Shown: positions 26,803 through 35,883, numbered from the stretch's first letter. The stretch: 64,000 nt of DNA from Alphaproteobacteria bacterium (GCA_030425925.1 JAUHZO010000002.1:262541-326540), one strand, 5' to 3'. Numbers and translations: made by a program. The notes: generated from the letters alone by a model not told the origin.

Positions 26803-28134
26803 ATGAGCGACACGACCCCGATCACCCATGCCCGCGTGCTGAAGATCGCGATTCCGATCCTGCTGGCCAATATCACCGTGCCGATCCTGGGCGCGGTCGA
26901 TACCGGCGTGGTGGGCCAGATCCCCGAGGCCGAGCCCATCGCCGCGGTGGGCGTCGGCGCGATCATCCTGTCGGCGATCTACTGGATCTTCGGCTTTCTG
27001 CGCATGGGCACAGTGGGCCTCACCGCGCAGGCGGCCGGTGAAAACAACGCGCCCGAAGTCGCGGCCCTGCTGACCCGCGCGCTGATGATCGGCCTGGCCG
27101 GCGGGCTGGCGCTGATCCTGCTGCAGCCGCTGGTCTTTGGCGGTGCGTTCCAGGTCTCGCCCGCCTCGGCCGAGGTCGAAAGCCTTGCCCGCGACTACAT
27201 GCGGATCCGCATCTGGTCGGCCCCTGCGGCCATCGCCATCTATGGCATCACCGGCTGGCTCATCGCGCAAGAGCGCACGCGGGGCGTGCTGCTTTTGCAG
27301 CTCTGGATGAACGGCGTGAACGTGGCGCTGGACCTGTGGTTCGTGCTGGGGCTTGGCTGGGGCGTGAACGGCGTGGCCTTTGCCACCTTCATCGCCGAAT
27401 GGTCGGGGCTGGCCATGGGGCTCTGGCTGTGCCGCGCGGCCTTCCGGCACCCGTCCTGGCGCGACTGGCCGCGCGTGTTCGACCGGGTCCGGCTGAAGCG
27501 CATGGCCATCGTCAACACCGACATCCTGATCCGCTCCATGCTGTTGCAGGCGATCTTTGTCTCCTTCCTGCTTCTGGGCGGGCGGTTCGGGGATGCCACG
27601 CTGGCCGCCAACCAGGTGCTGCTGCAATTCCTGCACATCACCGGCTATGCGCTGGACGGCTTTGCGTTCGCCGCCGAGGCGCTGGTGGGCAAGGCGTTCG
27701 GGGCAGGGGCCGTGCAGCAGCTGAGGCGCGGCGCGGTGATGACCTCGCTCTGGGGCGGGATCTTTGCGCTGGCGCTGGCGCTGGTCTTCTGGATCGCCGG
27801 CCCGCCGCTGATCGACCTGATGGCCAAGGATCCGGAGGTGCAGGCCGAGGCGCGGCGCTACATGCCGTGGATGATCGCGGCCCCGGTCATGCAGTTGGCT
27901 TTGGTGATGTTCGACGGCATCTTCATCGGCGCCACAAGGTCGGCCGACATGCGCAACATGATGGCGGTTTCCGCCGCGATTTACCTGGCTGCACTCTGGG
28001 TGCTGGTCGAGCCCATGCAGAATCACGGGCTGTGGCTGGCGCTGCACGTCTCGTTCCTGGCGCGGGGGGTGACCCTGGCCCTGCGCTATCCGGCGCTGGA
28101 ACGTGCGGCGTCGGGGGCAAGGCCCGTGTCATGA
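26803..28134 (+). CDS. MATE-family efflux transporter
   Basis: 12-TM NorM/DinF-like organisation. 443 aa. Confidence 0.85.
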   Translation: MSDTTPITHARVLKIAIPILLANITVPILGAVDTGVVGQIPEAEPIAAVGVGAIILSAIYWIFGFLRMGTVGLTAQAAGENNAPEVAALLTRALMIGLAGGLALILLQPLVFGGAFQVSPASAEVESLARDYMRIRIWSAPAAIAIYGITGWLIAQERTRGVLLLQLWMNGVNVALDLWFVLGLGWGVNGVAFATFIAEWSGLAMGLWLCRAAFRHPSWRDWPRVFDRVRLKRMAIVNTDILIRSMLLQAIFVSFLLLGGRFGDATLAANQVLLQFLHITGYALDGFAFAAEALVGKAFGAGAVQQLRRGAVMTSLWGGIFALALALVFWIAGPPLIDLMAKDPEVQAEARRYMPWMIAAPVMQLALVMFDGIFIGATRSADMRNMMAVSAAIYLAALWVLVEPMQNHGLWLALHVSFLARGVTLALRYPALERAASGARPVS

Positions 28135-29180
28135 CCCGCACGGCGCTGCTGCATCTGGGCATGAACAAGGCCGGTTCGACCACGCTGCAGGTGGCGTTCC
28201 GAGCCTATGACGCGCCGGGGATCACCTGGCTGCAGGCCCCGCCCTTCAGCCATACGCAGCTGGTCTGCCTGCCGTTCCGCCACCCGCCCCCGGCGCAGTT
28301 GCACGGGGTCAGCGGGGCCGAGGCCCGGGCACAGGAATGCCGCGACGCCCGCGCGGCGCTGGACCGCGCCCTGGGGGCCACCGGCAAATCGGTGATCCTG
28401 TCGTCGGAATTCCTGTCGGATTTCCGCGATCCCGCCGATATCTCTGCCCTGTGCGCGGCCCTCTTTGCGCATGTGGACGAGGTGCGCGCGCTGGTCTACC
28501 TGCGCGCGCCCGAGCCCTATCTGGTCAGCGTTTTCCAGCAGGTCCTGAAACAGCGCCCGCCGCCCCGCGCGCTGGCCCGGCTCTGGCCCGACTACCGTGC
28601 GCGGATTGCCCCGTGGGACGCGGTGCTGGGGGCAGAACGGGTCACGGTGCGGCCCTTTGCCCGCGCGGCCTTTGCCGGCGGCGACCTGCTGACCGATTTC
28701 GCCCGGCATGCCGGGCTTGCGCCCGACACGCTGCCCCGGACGGCGCGCCGCGCCAACGAATCGCTGTCGGCCGAGGCGGTGGCGCTGCTCCATGCCTACC
28801 GCCTGTCCGACCTGCGCCCCGCGGCGGCACCGGGGCTGGTGCGGGCCGAGAACAAGACGGTCTTTATGCTCAAGGGCTTCGGCAACCTGCGCCTGCGCTT
28901 TGGTCAGCGCCTGCTGCGCCCGCTGCTGACCCGCCAGGCCGAGGACATCGCCTGGGCGGAGGCCCGGCAGGGCGCGGCCTTTGCCCCGGAAGGCGCCGGG
29001 GGCCAGGTGGCGCGGATCGCATCGCTGGACGCCCTGTCCGAACTTGCCGACGCCCAGGCCCCGGTGTTCTGCAAATGGCTGTCCGAGACCCACCCGGACC
29101 TTGCGGCGCTGCAGACCCCCGGCTCTGGCCCCGCCGCGCAGCTTGCCGCCATCGTCCGGCATCATCTGACCGCCGGCTGA
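28131..29180 (+). CDS. Hypothetical protein with P-loop sulfotransferase-like N-terminus
   Basis: Motif LHLGMNKAGSTTLQ resembles the sulfotransferase 5'-PSB loop. ATG overlaps the MATE stop as ATGA. Function inferred only weakly. Confidence 0.5.
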   Translation: MTRTALLHLGMNKAGSTTLQVAFRAYDAPGITWLQAPPFSHTQLVCLPFRHPPPAQLHGVSGAEARAQECRDARAALDRALGATGKSVILSSEFLSDFRDPADISALCAALFAHVDEVRALVYLRAPEPYLVSVFQQVLKQRPPPRALARLWPDYRARIAPWDAVLGAERVTVRPFARAAFAGGDLLTDFARHAGLAPDTLPRTARRANESLSAEAVALLHAYRLSDLRPAAAPGLVRAENKTVFMLKGFGNLRLRFGQRLLRPLLTRQAEDIAWAEARQGAAFAPEGAGGQVARIASLDALSELADAQAPVFCKWLSETHPDLAALQTPGSGPAAQLAAIVRHHLTAG

Positions 29181-29249
29181 CCGCGTTTCCGGCTGGAAAC
29201 CCCCCGCGCCCTTCACTACAACGTCCTTCGTGATGACGGAGGGGATGCG

Positions 29250-30494
29250 ATGAACGACTTGGCCAACAGCTTCATGACCGGCCCGGATGAACAGGGCCGT
29301 TTCGGCATCTTCGGCGGGCGGTTCGTGTCCGAGACGCTGATGCCGCTGATCCTCGAACTGGAGGAACAGTACGAGCGCGCCAAGACCGATGACAGTTTCT
29401 GGGCGGAAATGGATTTCCTCTGGAAGCACTATGTGGGCCGCCCCTCGCCGCTCTACTTCGCCGAACGGCTGACTGACCGGCTGGGCGGGGCCAAGGTCTA
29501 CATGAAGCGTGACGAGTTGAACCACACCGGCGCGCACAAGATCAACAACGTGCTGGGCCAGATCATCCTGGCGCGCCGCATGGGCAAGACCCGCATCATC
29601 GCCGAAACCGGCGCGGGCCAGCACGGGGTGGCCACCGCCACCGTCTGCGCAAAGTTCGGCCTGAAATGCGTGGTCTACATGGGCGCGCATGACGTGGAGC
29701 GTCAGGCCCCGAACGTCTTCCGCATGAAACTGCTGGGCGCCGAGGTGGTGCCGGTGACCTCGGGGCGCGGCACGCTCAAGGACGCCATGAACGACGCGCT
29801 GCGTGACTGGGTGACCAATGTGCGCGACACGTTCTACTGCATCGGGACCGTCGCGGGCCCGCATCCGTACCCGGCCATGGTGCGCGACTTCCAGTCGATC
29901 ATCGGCAAGGAAGCAAAAGAGCAGATGCACGAGGCCGAAGGCCGTCTGCCCGACACGCTGATCGCCGCCATTGGCGGCGGGTCGAACGCCATGGGCCTGT
30001 TCTACCCGTTCCTTGACGACAAGGCCGTGAACATCATCGGCGTCGAAGCGGGCGGCAAGGGCGTGAACGCCAAGATGGAACATTGCGCGTCGCTGACGGG
30101 TGGGCGTCCCGGCGTGCTGCATGGCAACCGCACCTACCTGTTGCAGGACGAGGACGGACAGATCCTCGAAGGCTTCAGCATCTCGGCGGGGCTCGATTAT
30201 CCGGGCATCGGCCCGGAACATGCCTGGCTGCACGAGATCGGGCGTGCGCAATATGTGTCGATCACCGACAAGGAAGCGCTGGAGGCGTTCCAGCTGTGCT
30301 GCGAGACCGAAGGCATCATCCCCGCGCTGGAGCCGTCCCACGCGCTGGCCCATGTGATGAAGATCGCACCGGAGCTGCCCGCGGATCATATCATCTGCAT
30401 GAACATGTGCGGCCGCGGCGACAAGGACATCTTTACCGTCGCCAAACATCTGGGCGTGGACATGGCGGGCGGCGAAGGCCGGGTGATGGACTGA
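29250..30494 (+). CDS. trpB: Tryptophan synthase beta subunit
   Basis: PLP-lysine motif region (HTGAHKINN) and full TrpB length of 414 aa. Confidence 0.95.
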   Translation: MNDLANSFMTGPDEQGRFGIFGGRFVSETLMPLILELEEQYERAKTDDSFWAEMDFLWKHYVGRPSPLYFAERLTDRLGGAKVYMKRDELNHTGAHKINNVLGQIILARRMGKTRIIAETGAGQHGVATATVCAKFGLKCVVYMGAHDVERQAPNVFRMKLLGAEVVPVTSGRGTLKDAMNDALRDWVTNVRDTFYCIGTVAGPHPYPAMVRDFQSIIGKEAKEQMHEAEGRLPDTLIAAIGGGSNAMGLFYPFLDDKAVNIIGVEAGGKGVNAKMEHCASLTGGRPGVLHGNRTYLLQDEDGQILEGFSISAGLDYPGIGPEHAWLHEIGRAQYVSITDKEALEAFQLCCETEGIIPALEPSHALAHVMKIAPELPADHIICMNMCGRGDKDIFTVAKHLGVDMAGGEGRVMD

Positions 30495-30510
30495 CCCAAG
30501 TCGCTGTTGC

Positions 30511-30588
30511 CAACGCAGTCCCGGACCTGATCCGGGACCTCCACGCCTGAGACCCGGGAGGTCCCGGATCAGGTCCGGGACTGCGTTG
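30511..30588. repeat. 32-bp perfect inverted repeat with 14-nt loop
   Basis: CAACGCAGTCCCGGACCTGATCCGGGACCTCC ... GGAGGTCCCGGATCAGGTCCGGGACTGCGTTG, immediately 3' of trpB. Confidence 0.7.
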
Positions 30589-30666
30589 GAACGGATGGCA
30601 GTCGGGGCGGCTTGCGGCCTTTGATTTTCGGCAGTTTCCGGAAAACCCAAAGCGATTTGCATGGAA

Positions 30667-30705
30667 GGGCGCGCGCAGAACACTGCGCGCGCCTTTTCAT
30701 TTATT
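30667..30705 (+). terminator. Rho-independent terminator (trpB transcript)
   Basis: GGGCGCGCGCAG-AACA-CTGCGCGCGCC stem followed by TTTTCATTTATT. Confidence 0.7.
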
Positions 30706-30977
30706 GCGTAAGGTCGCAATTTTGTTGCGCGACGGTCACGGTCGTATCGGACACTTAACCGCCTGGTTGAACGACTCGGCCTCTCCCGGCTATTCGACAG
30801 GCCCGGCCGGGACGGTCCGGACCCTAGCGGGCGGAGGTGATCACTCCCCCGGTGCGCACGGCTTTGCCGGGTCGCGTATGCCAGGGCCGGGTCCGAGCGG
30901 TTGGTTTGGCGCAGTGCAACCGGAACGGCGGGCAAGGGTGAAACCTGTCCGCGGGGGTTCAAGTCCCCTCTGTGCTT

Positions 30978-31050
30978 CATGATGTAGCTCATCTGGTAGA
31001 GCACTCGACTGTTAATCGAGGTGTAGCCGGTTCGACTCCGGCCATCACTG
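30978..31050 (+). tRNA. tRNA-Asn(GUU)-like element with defective acceptor stem (probable pseudo-tRNA or tRNA remnant)
   Basis: Canonical D-arm (GCTCATCTGGTAGAGC), anticodon arm CTCGA-CTGTTAA-TCGAG and T-arm GCCGG-TTCGACT-CCGGC. However, the 5' strand CATGATG and 3' strand CATCACT pair at only 5 of 7 positions (mismatches at 1:72 and 2:71). Flanked by two further T-arm-like elements at 30951-30979 and 31055-31097. Confidence 0.4.
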
Positions 31051-31429
31051 GGAACGGCCTGAAAAGCCGGGGGTTCGACTCCCCCTTCCGCCTCCCACGC
31101 GGACTGAACACAGAACCCGGGGTCTGCTCTGCGTGGCAGGCCCGCGCCCCCGGCCTGGCCCCGCCCTGTCGGACCGGCAACGGTTTGCCCCGCTCTGGCC
31201 TTTGGCCGGAGCGCCGGATGACGGGTCTGCCGGGTCCGGGTCTTTTGCAGCGATGCAAAGCGCCCGGGTTCTGCACCCCCTCTCGCCGGTCTCCCGTCAC
31301 GGGCTTCGGCCTGAGGGGGCCTCGGGTTCGCCACTGCAATACCTGCGGGGCACTCTGCCTCCAACCCCTTGAAACCAAGAAGGAACGCATCTTGCGACGA
31401 CGATAGGCATGTGAAGAAGGAGACGAAGA

Positions 31430-32572
31430 ATGACACATATGCTGACCCATCTCTGGGACACGCTCACCGGCTACGAGCGTGTGACCCTGCTTGAAACCGA
31501 ACGGATGCTCGTTCTGACCCGGGGCCGCTTTACCGCGCTCCTCGGCCCCGGCGAGCACCGGATCAAGCGTCACCATACCGTGCGCGAGGGGCACAGCCTC
31601 GACCGTCTCCGCTTTGCCTCGGCCTATGACCGGGCGCTGTTCCGCAGCCGTCTGGACCTGGCCGAAGCCCACCTGACCGAGGTCCGGACCGGGCCCGACG
31701 AGGTCGCCGTCGTCCTGCGCGAGGGCGTGCCGGTCGAGGTGCTGAAGCCCGAGGCGCGGGCGGTGTTCTGGACCGATGCGGGGCCGTTCACGGTGGAACG
31801 TTTCGACCTGACGGAATCGCTGACGGTGCCGCCCGCGCTGATGCGGCGTCTGACCCTGGCGGGGCTGACCCGGATGGCCACCGAGTTCGCGGTGCCCGAC
31901 GGGCATGTGGGGATGCTGTTCCTCGACGGTGTGCTGGAGGGCCGCATGGCCCCCGGGGTGCATGCCTTCTGGACGGTGCCCCGGCATGTGGCGCTGCGCG
32001 TGGTGGATCTGCGGATGCGGACCCATGACGTGACCGGCCACGAGGTGCTGACCAAGGACCGCGTGACGCTGCGGGTCAACCTGTCGGCCACCTACCGGGT
32101 GGTGGATGCGGAACGCGCCGTCACGGCCGTCAAGGACTTTGACGAGGCGCTGCACCGCGCCCTGTCGCTGGCCTTCCGCCGCAAGGTGGGGGCGCTGACC
32201 CTGGACCGGCTGCTGGCCGAGAAGGGCGAGGCCGAGGACCTGCCCGAGGTCCGCGTGGCGATGGCCGAGATCGGCATCGAACTGCGGGAGGTGGCGCTGA
32301 AAGACGTCATCCTGCCCGGCGAGATGCGCGAGATCCTGAACCGCGTGGTCGCGGCCGAGAAAGAGGCCGAGGCCAACGTGATCCGGCGCCGGGAAGAAAC
32401 GAACGCCACGCGGTCGCTTCTGAACACGGCCAAGGTGATGGCGGAAAACCCCGTCATGCTGCGGCTGAAAGAGCTGGAGGCGCTGGAAACGATCGCCGGC
32501 AAGGTCGAACGCCTGACCGTGCATAACGGGACGGCGGGCCTGATGGACGACATCGTGCGCCTGCGCGACTGA
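31430..32572 (+). CDS. SPFH/band-7 (stomatin-prohibitin-flotillin-HflK/C) domain protein
   Basis: SPFH core with a C-terminal coiled-coil (AEKEAEANVIRRREE). GAAGGAGA RBS. Confidence 0.8.
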   Translation: MTHMLTHLWDTLTGYERVTLLETERMLVLTRGRFTALLGPGEHRIKRHHTVREGHSLDRLRFASAYDRALFRSRLDLAEAHLTEVRTGPDEVAVVLREGVPVEVLKPEARAVFWTDAGPFTVERFDLTESLTVPPALMRRLTLAGLTRMATEFAVPDGHVGMLFLDGVLEGRMAPGVHAFWTVPRHVALRVVDLRMRTHDVTGHEVLTKDRVTLRVNLSATYRVVDAERAVTAVKDFDEALHRALSLAFRRKVGALTLDRLLAEKGEAEDLPEVRVAMAEIGIELREVALKDVILPGEMREILNRVVAAEKEAEANVIRRREETNATRSLLNTAKVMAENPVMLRLKELEALETIAGKVERLTVHNGTAGLMDDIVRLRD

Positions 32573-32577
32573 AACAG

Positions 32578-32607
32578 GCCGGTCCGGGAAAGCCCGGGCC
32601 GGTTGTT
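32578..32607 (+). terminator. Candidate terminator downstream of the SPFH gene
   Basis: GCCGGTCCGGG-AAAG-CCCGGGCCGG hairpin followed by TTGTT. Confidence 0.45.
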
Positions 32608-32768
32608 CCGTCCGGGGGCTGGCCTAAACTCAGGTTTATGCCCGTTGTCATGGGGTTTATGGCCCGCGGCGTAAACCGCTGGTATCTGTTCCCGACCTCG
32701 GATCGGTGGCTTTTCGGGAGGCACTGCAACCCTCCCGGGCGCTGCCCGGCCATCCGAAAGGACAGACC

Positions 32769-33230
32769 ATGACGAAACTGATTCCCCTTCTGACCGCCAC
32801 GCTTTTCGCGGGCAGCATGGCGTTTGCCGACGCGCTGACCGACCAGATCGTGTCGGATCTCAGCGCCGAAGGATACACGCGGATCGAGATCAAGAACGGC
32901 ATTTCGCAGACCAAGGTCGAGGCGATCCGCGGCACCGAGAAGCTGGAACTGGTCTTTGACCGCGACTCCGGCCGCGTTCTCGAGCGCGAGGTGGAAACCG
33001 TCGATGGCGACGACGATACCGCTCCGGGCGTCTCGGTGCGCAACCGCAATCGCGATTTCGTCGGCGAGCGCGACGACGATGACGGTCGTGAGGATGACGA
33101 TGACGATCGTGGCCGCGACCGGGACCGCGACGATGACGACGACGATGATCGCGGTGGCCGTGACGACGATGACGATGACGATGACGATGACGACGATGAC
33201 GACGATGATGATGATGATGATGACGACTGA
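32769..33230 (+). CDS. Secreted PepSY-like protein with extreme poly-Asp/Arg-Asp C-terminal tail
   Basis: Signal peptide (MTKLIPLLTATLFAGSMAFA), a PepSY-like segment (LSAEGYTRIEIKNG...VEAIRGTEKLELVFDRDSGRVLE) and about 65 residues of D-rich low complexity. The tail is encoded by a GAT/GAC microsatellite. Confidence 0.65.
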   Translation: MTKLIPLLTATLFAGSMAFADALTDQIVSDLSAEGYTRIEIKNGISQTKVEAIRGTEKLELVFDRDSGRVLEREVETVDGDDDTAPGVSVRNRNRDFVGERDDDDGREDDDDDRGRDRDRDDDDDDDRGGRDDDDDDDDDDDDDDDDDDDDDD

Positions 33231-33332
33231 CCTGCCGGCGTCGCGAAAAACGCGTTGAAACGCACAGGCGGGCCTGTATTGAGCAGTGCAGGCGCCCCCG
33301 CCCGACCGGGCGGGGGCCAGCAGGAGAACGGA

Positions 33333-33770
33333 ATGAAGCGGCGGATCTTCGTGGTTGGGCTTGTGGTGACGCTGATGTCACAGGCGATGCCTGCCGGGGC
33401 GCAGACGGCGGCGGACGATATCGTCCGGCGGCTGAAGGCGGAAGGGTATTCGCAGATCGTCGTCCAGCGAACCTTCCTGGGGCGCGTGAGGATCGTCGCA
33501 GAAGGGACTGCCGGCGAACGGGAAATCATCCTCAACCCCTCCACCGGTGCCGTCTTGCGCGACTACTTCGACCGCGACGATGATGACGATGATGACGACG
33601 AGGACGAGGACGACCGCCGGGGCCGCGGCAGGAGCGGAGGCTCCGATGCCGACCGGGATGACGACGACCGGGATGACGACGATCGGGATGACGATGACGA
33701 TGAAGATGACCGGGACGACGATGATCGCGATGACGACGATGACGACGATGACGACGACGATGATGACTGA
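33333..33770 (+). CDS. Secreted PepSY-like protein with poly-Asp tail (tandem paralogue)
   Basis: Signal peptide (MKRRIFVVGLVVTLMSQAMPAGAQT), PepSY-like segment (LKAEGYSQIVVQRT...ILNPSTGAVLRD) and a D/R-rich tail. CAGGAGAA RBS. Confidence 0.65.
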   Translation: MKRRIFVVGLVVTLMSQAMPAGAQTAADDIVRRLKAEGYSQIVVQRTFLGRVRIVAEGTAGEREIILNPSTGAVLRDYFDRDDDDDDDDEDEDDRRGRGRSGGSDADRDDDDRDDDDRDDDDDEDDRDDDDRDDDDDDDDDDDDD

Positions 33771-33791
33771 CCGCTTTCGGTCTGCGGGCTT

Positions 33792-34304
33792 GTGAAGGGG
33801 CTTGCCGCCTTTGCCATCCTCTCGGCGCTGCAACTGATCTGCGGCGCGTTTCTGCTGTGGGACATCCTGACATCGCTGCTGGGCCTGACGAGCGCGCCGA
33901 TTTCATGGGCGCTTTATGAACTGATCGAGATCGGCGCGGTCCTGGGTCTGCTGCTGGGCATGGCGGTCAGCGCCTCGATGCTCTGGCGGTCGCTGTCGCG
34001 TCAGCGCCGCGCCGAGGCCAGCCTTCGGCTTGCCTCGGGCGCATTCCTGGCTGTGCTCGAAGAGCGGTTCGACGATTGGGCTCTGACTCCGGCGGAACGG
34101 GACGTGGCGCTGTTCTCGATCAAGGGCCTGTCGACTGCCGAGATCGCGCAGGCCCGCAACACGTCCGAAGGCACCGTCAAGGCGCAGACCAACGCGATCT
34201 ACCGCAAGGCCGGCGTGTCAGGCCGTCCGCAATTGCTGAGCCTGTTCATCGACGAGTTGATGGAGGGCCCGCTGCCCGTCCCGCCGCGCGAGGAGGCGGC
34301 CTGA
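33792..34304 (+). CDS. LuxR-family (FixJ/NarL-type HTH) transcriptional regulator with N-terminal two-helix membrane domain
   Basis: GTG start. Two hydrophobic helices, then a LuxR HTH (LTPAERDVALFSIKGLSTAEIAQARNTSEGTVKAQTNAIYRKAGV). Confidence 0.7.
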   Translation: MKGLAAFAILSALQLICGAFLLWDILTSLLGLTSAPISWALYELIEIGAVLGLLLGMAVSASMLWRSLSRQRRAEASLRLASGAFLAVLEERFDDWALTPAERDVALFSIKGLSTAEIAQARNTSEGTVKAQTNAIYRKAGVSGRPQLLSLFIDELMEGPLPVPPREEAA

Positions 34305-34310
34305 GCGGCC

Positions 34311-34685
34311 TCATCCGTCGCTGTGGGTTTCGAGCACGTCCAGCGGAACGATGTCGAGCGCACGTTTGTGCGTCGCGGCCAGCGACACCCTCGGGGCGCA
34401 GCCTTCGTCATGGGCCTGCAGGAAGCGCGCCGCGCACAGGCACCATTTGTCGCCCGGGTTCAGGCCGGGAAAGCGGAATTCCGGGCGGGGCGTGCTGAGA
34501 TCGTTGCCCACGTATTTCGAAAAGGCCAGGAATTCGGCGGTCATCACGGCGCAGACCGTGTGGCTGCCCTGATCGGCGGCGCAAGTATTGCAGTGCCCGT
34601 CGCGGAAGAAGCCGGTCAGCGGATCCTGAGAGCATGCTTCAAGCATACCGCCCAGGACATTGATTTCAGGGTCCTTGTCCATCAT
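34311..34685 (-). CDS. DUF2237-family protein
   Basis: 124-aa Cys-rich conserved protein (MMDKDPEINVLGGMLEACSQDP...). Confidence 0.65.
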   Translation of the reverse strand: MMDKDPEINVLGGMLEACSQDPLTGFFRDGHCNTCAADQGSHTVCAVMTAEFLAFSKYVGNDLSTPRPEFRFPGLNPGDKWCLCAARFLQAHDEGCAPRVSLAATHKRALDIVPLDVLETHSDG

Positions 34686-35839
34686 GGCGCTTCCTCGTTC
34701 ATAGCTGCGATCACGCGAAACATCTGCAGGCTGTCGTCAAACGCGCCGGATTCGCGAAAGGTCAGGTCCGCGCCGGTGACGGCGACAACGGTGCCCGATT
34801 GCTTGTCGATATAGACATATTGTCCGTAAATGCCACGGGCGAGGAACTCGCCGTCGCGCGCATCCGCGGGCATCCACCACTGGTATCCGTATTGCAACTG
34901 TCCCGGTGCGGTGCGGGCGGAGGGCGTCGTGCTTTCCGCCACCCAGGCGGCGGGGACGATCTGGCGCCCCCGGAACCGGCCATCCTGCCGGAACATCTCG
35001 CCCATCCGGGCGTAATCGCGCAAGGTCAGGTTCAGCCCGCCCAATGCGAAGGCCACCCCGTAACCGTCTGTGATGTAAGAGGGGTTTCCGGTTGTCCCCA
35101 GGGGACCAAGGATGTGTTCGCCCAGAAGGTCGGGCAGGCTCTGGCCGGTGGCGCTGCGCAGCACCATGCCCAGCACATGGGTGTCGATGGAGACATAGTC
35201 CCACACCTCGCCAGCCGGGCGGTCGCGGTCCTGCAGGTCAGCGGCAAACCCGTCCATCGAGCCTCCCAGCGCAAGGATGCGCCCCATCTTGTTGATGTCG
35301 CTCCAGAAATCCAGGTAATCCTCGTCAAAGGTCACGCCCGAGGACATCTGCAGGACATTGCGGATCGTCACGCCGTCATAGGCGGTGCCCTTCAGCGCCG
35401 GCACATGGTCGGTGACCGGCGCATCGAGGTTATCCACATGACCCTTGGCCACCATCACCCCGAAAAGCCCCGACAAATAGGACTTGGCGATGGACCAGGA
35501 AATGCGCTGGTCATCGGCTCCGGTGCCCCTGTGATAGGCCTCGTGCACAACGCGCCCGTCGCGCAAGATCAGCACGGCCGTCACGGCGCGGCGGTCCAGC
35601 CAGTCCTGCCAATCGGCGGGCAGGTCCAGCGGAGGGCCCTCCGGCAGGCGCGTGACCTCGCCCGAAACCGGGATGGGGGCGGTTTCGAACAGCCTGTCCA
35701 TCCGGCTGAAATTCTGCACGATCCGGCCTTCGTCAAACAGGGTGACAACGGCGTGCAGGCGCATCAGCTCTTCGCGTTTCCACAGCGCCAGCGCAGACAG
35801 GATCACAAGAGCACCCAGCATGTATTTGAGAACCCGCAT
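34682..35839 (-). CDS. Serine hydrolase, beta-lactamase / penicillin-binding-protein-like family
   Basis: SxxK active-site motif (SIAKS), N-terminal signal/anchor and 385 aa. Confidence 0.8.
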   Translation of the reverse strand: MRVLKYMLGALVILSALALWKREELMRLHAVVTLFDEGRIVQNFSRMDRLFETAPIPVSGEVTRLPEGPPLDLPADWQDWLDRRAVTAVLILRDGRVVHEAYHRGTGADDQRISWSIAKSYLSGLFGVMVAKGHVDNLDAPVTDHVPALKGTAYDGVTIRNVLQMSSGVTFDEDYLDFWSDINKMGRILALGGSMDGFAADLQDRDRPAGEVWDYVSIDTHVLGMVLRSATGQSLPDLLGEHILGPLGTTGNPSYITDGYGVAFALGGLNLTLRDYARMGEMFRQDGRFRGRQIVPAAWVAESTTPSARTAPGQLQYGYQWWMPADARDGEFLARGIYGQYVYIDKQSGTVVAVTGADLTFRESGAFDDSLQMFRVIAAMNEEAP

Positions 35840-35883
35840 GATCTTGCCTCCTGGTCGGTGTCTGGCACGCCGCGTGCGCGGGC

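Noticed and set aside
30704-30982. 92-aa ORF in the non-coding tract after trpB.
   Set aside because: It starts inside the trpB terminator T-tract and has a Gly/Pro/Arg-rich translation. It runs through the tRNA-like elements and has no RBS.
30600-31100. Possible one-piece tmRNA (ssrA). A 5' GGGGCGG could pair with a 3' CCGCCTC, and there is a segment similar to tmRNA pseudoknot PK1 (AAACCCAAAGCGATTTGCATGGAAGGGCG).
   Set aside because: A strong intrinsic terminator (30667-30705) sits in the middle of the candidate. The putative resume-codon frame runs 90 codons without a tag-like peptide or stop. The span is about 490 nt, with a complete tRNA-like element inside. Alphaproteobacterial tmRNA is also normally two-piece. 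The matches are most likely GC-rich coincidence.
30900-31130. RNase P RNA. GGGCAAGGGTGAAAC and ACAGAACCCGG resemble P10-12 and P4 fragments.
   Set aside because: The universally conserved AGGAAAGUCCGGGCUCC (P4 5' strand) and the overall architecture are absent. Only short partial matches are present.
33060-33770. CRISPR-like or tandem-repeat array suggested by the periodic GAC/GAT repeats.
   Set aside because: The repeats are in-frame trinucleotide microsatellites inside two coding regions that encode poly-Asp tails. There are no spacers, no direct repeats of 25-40 bp and no cas genes.
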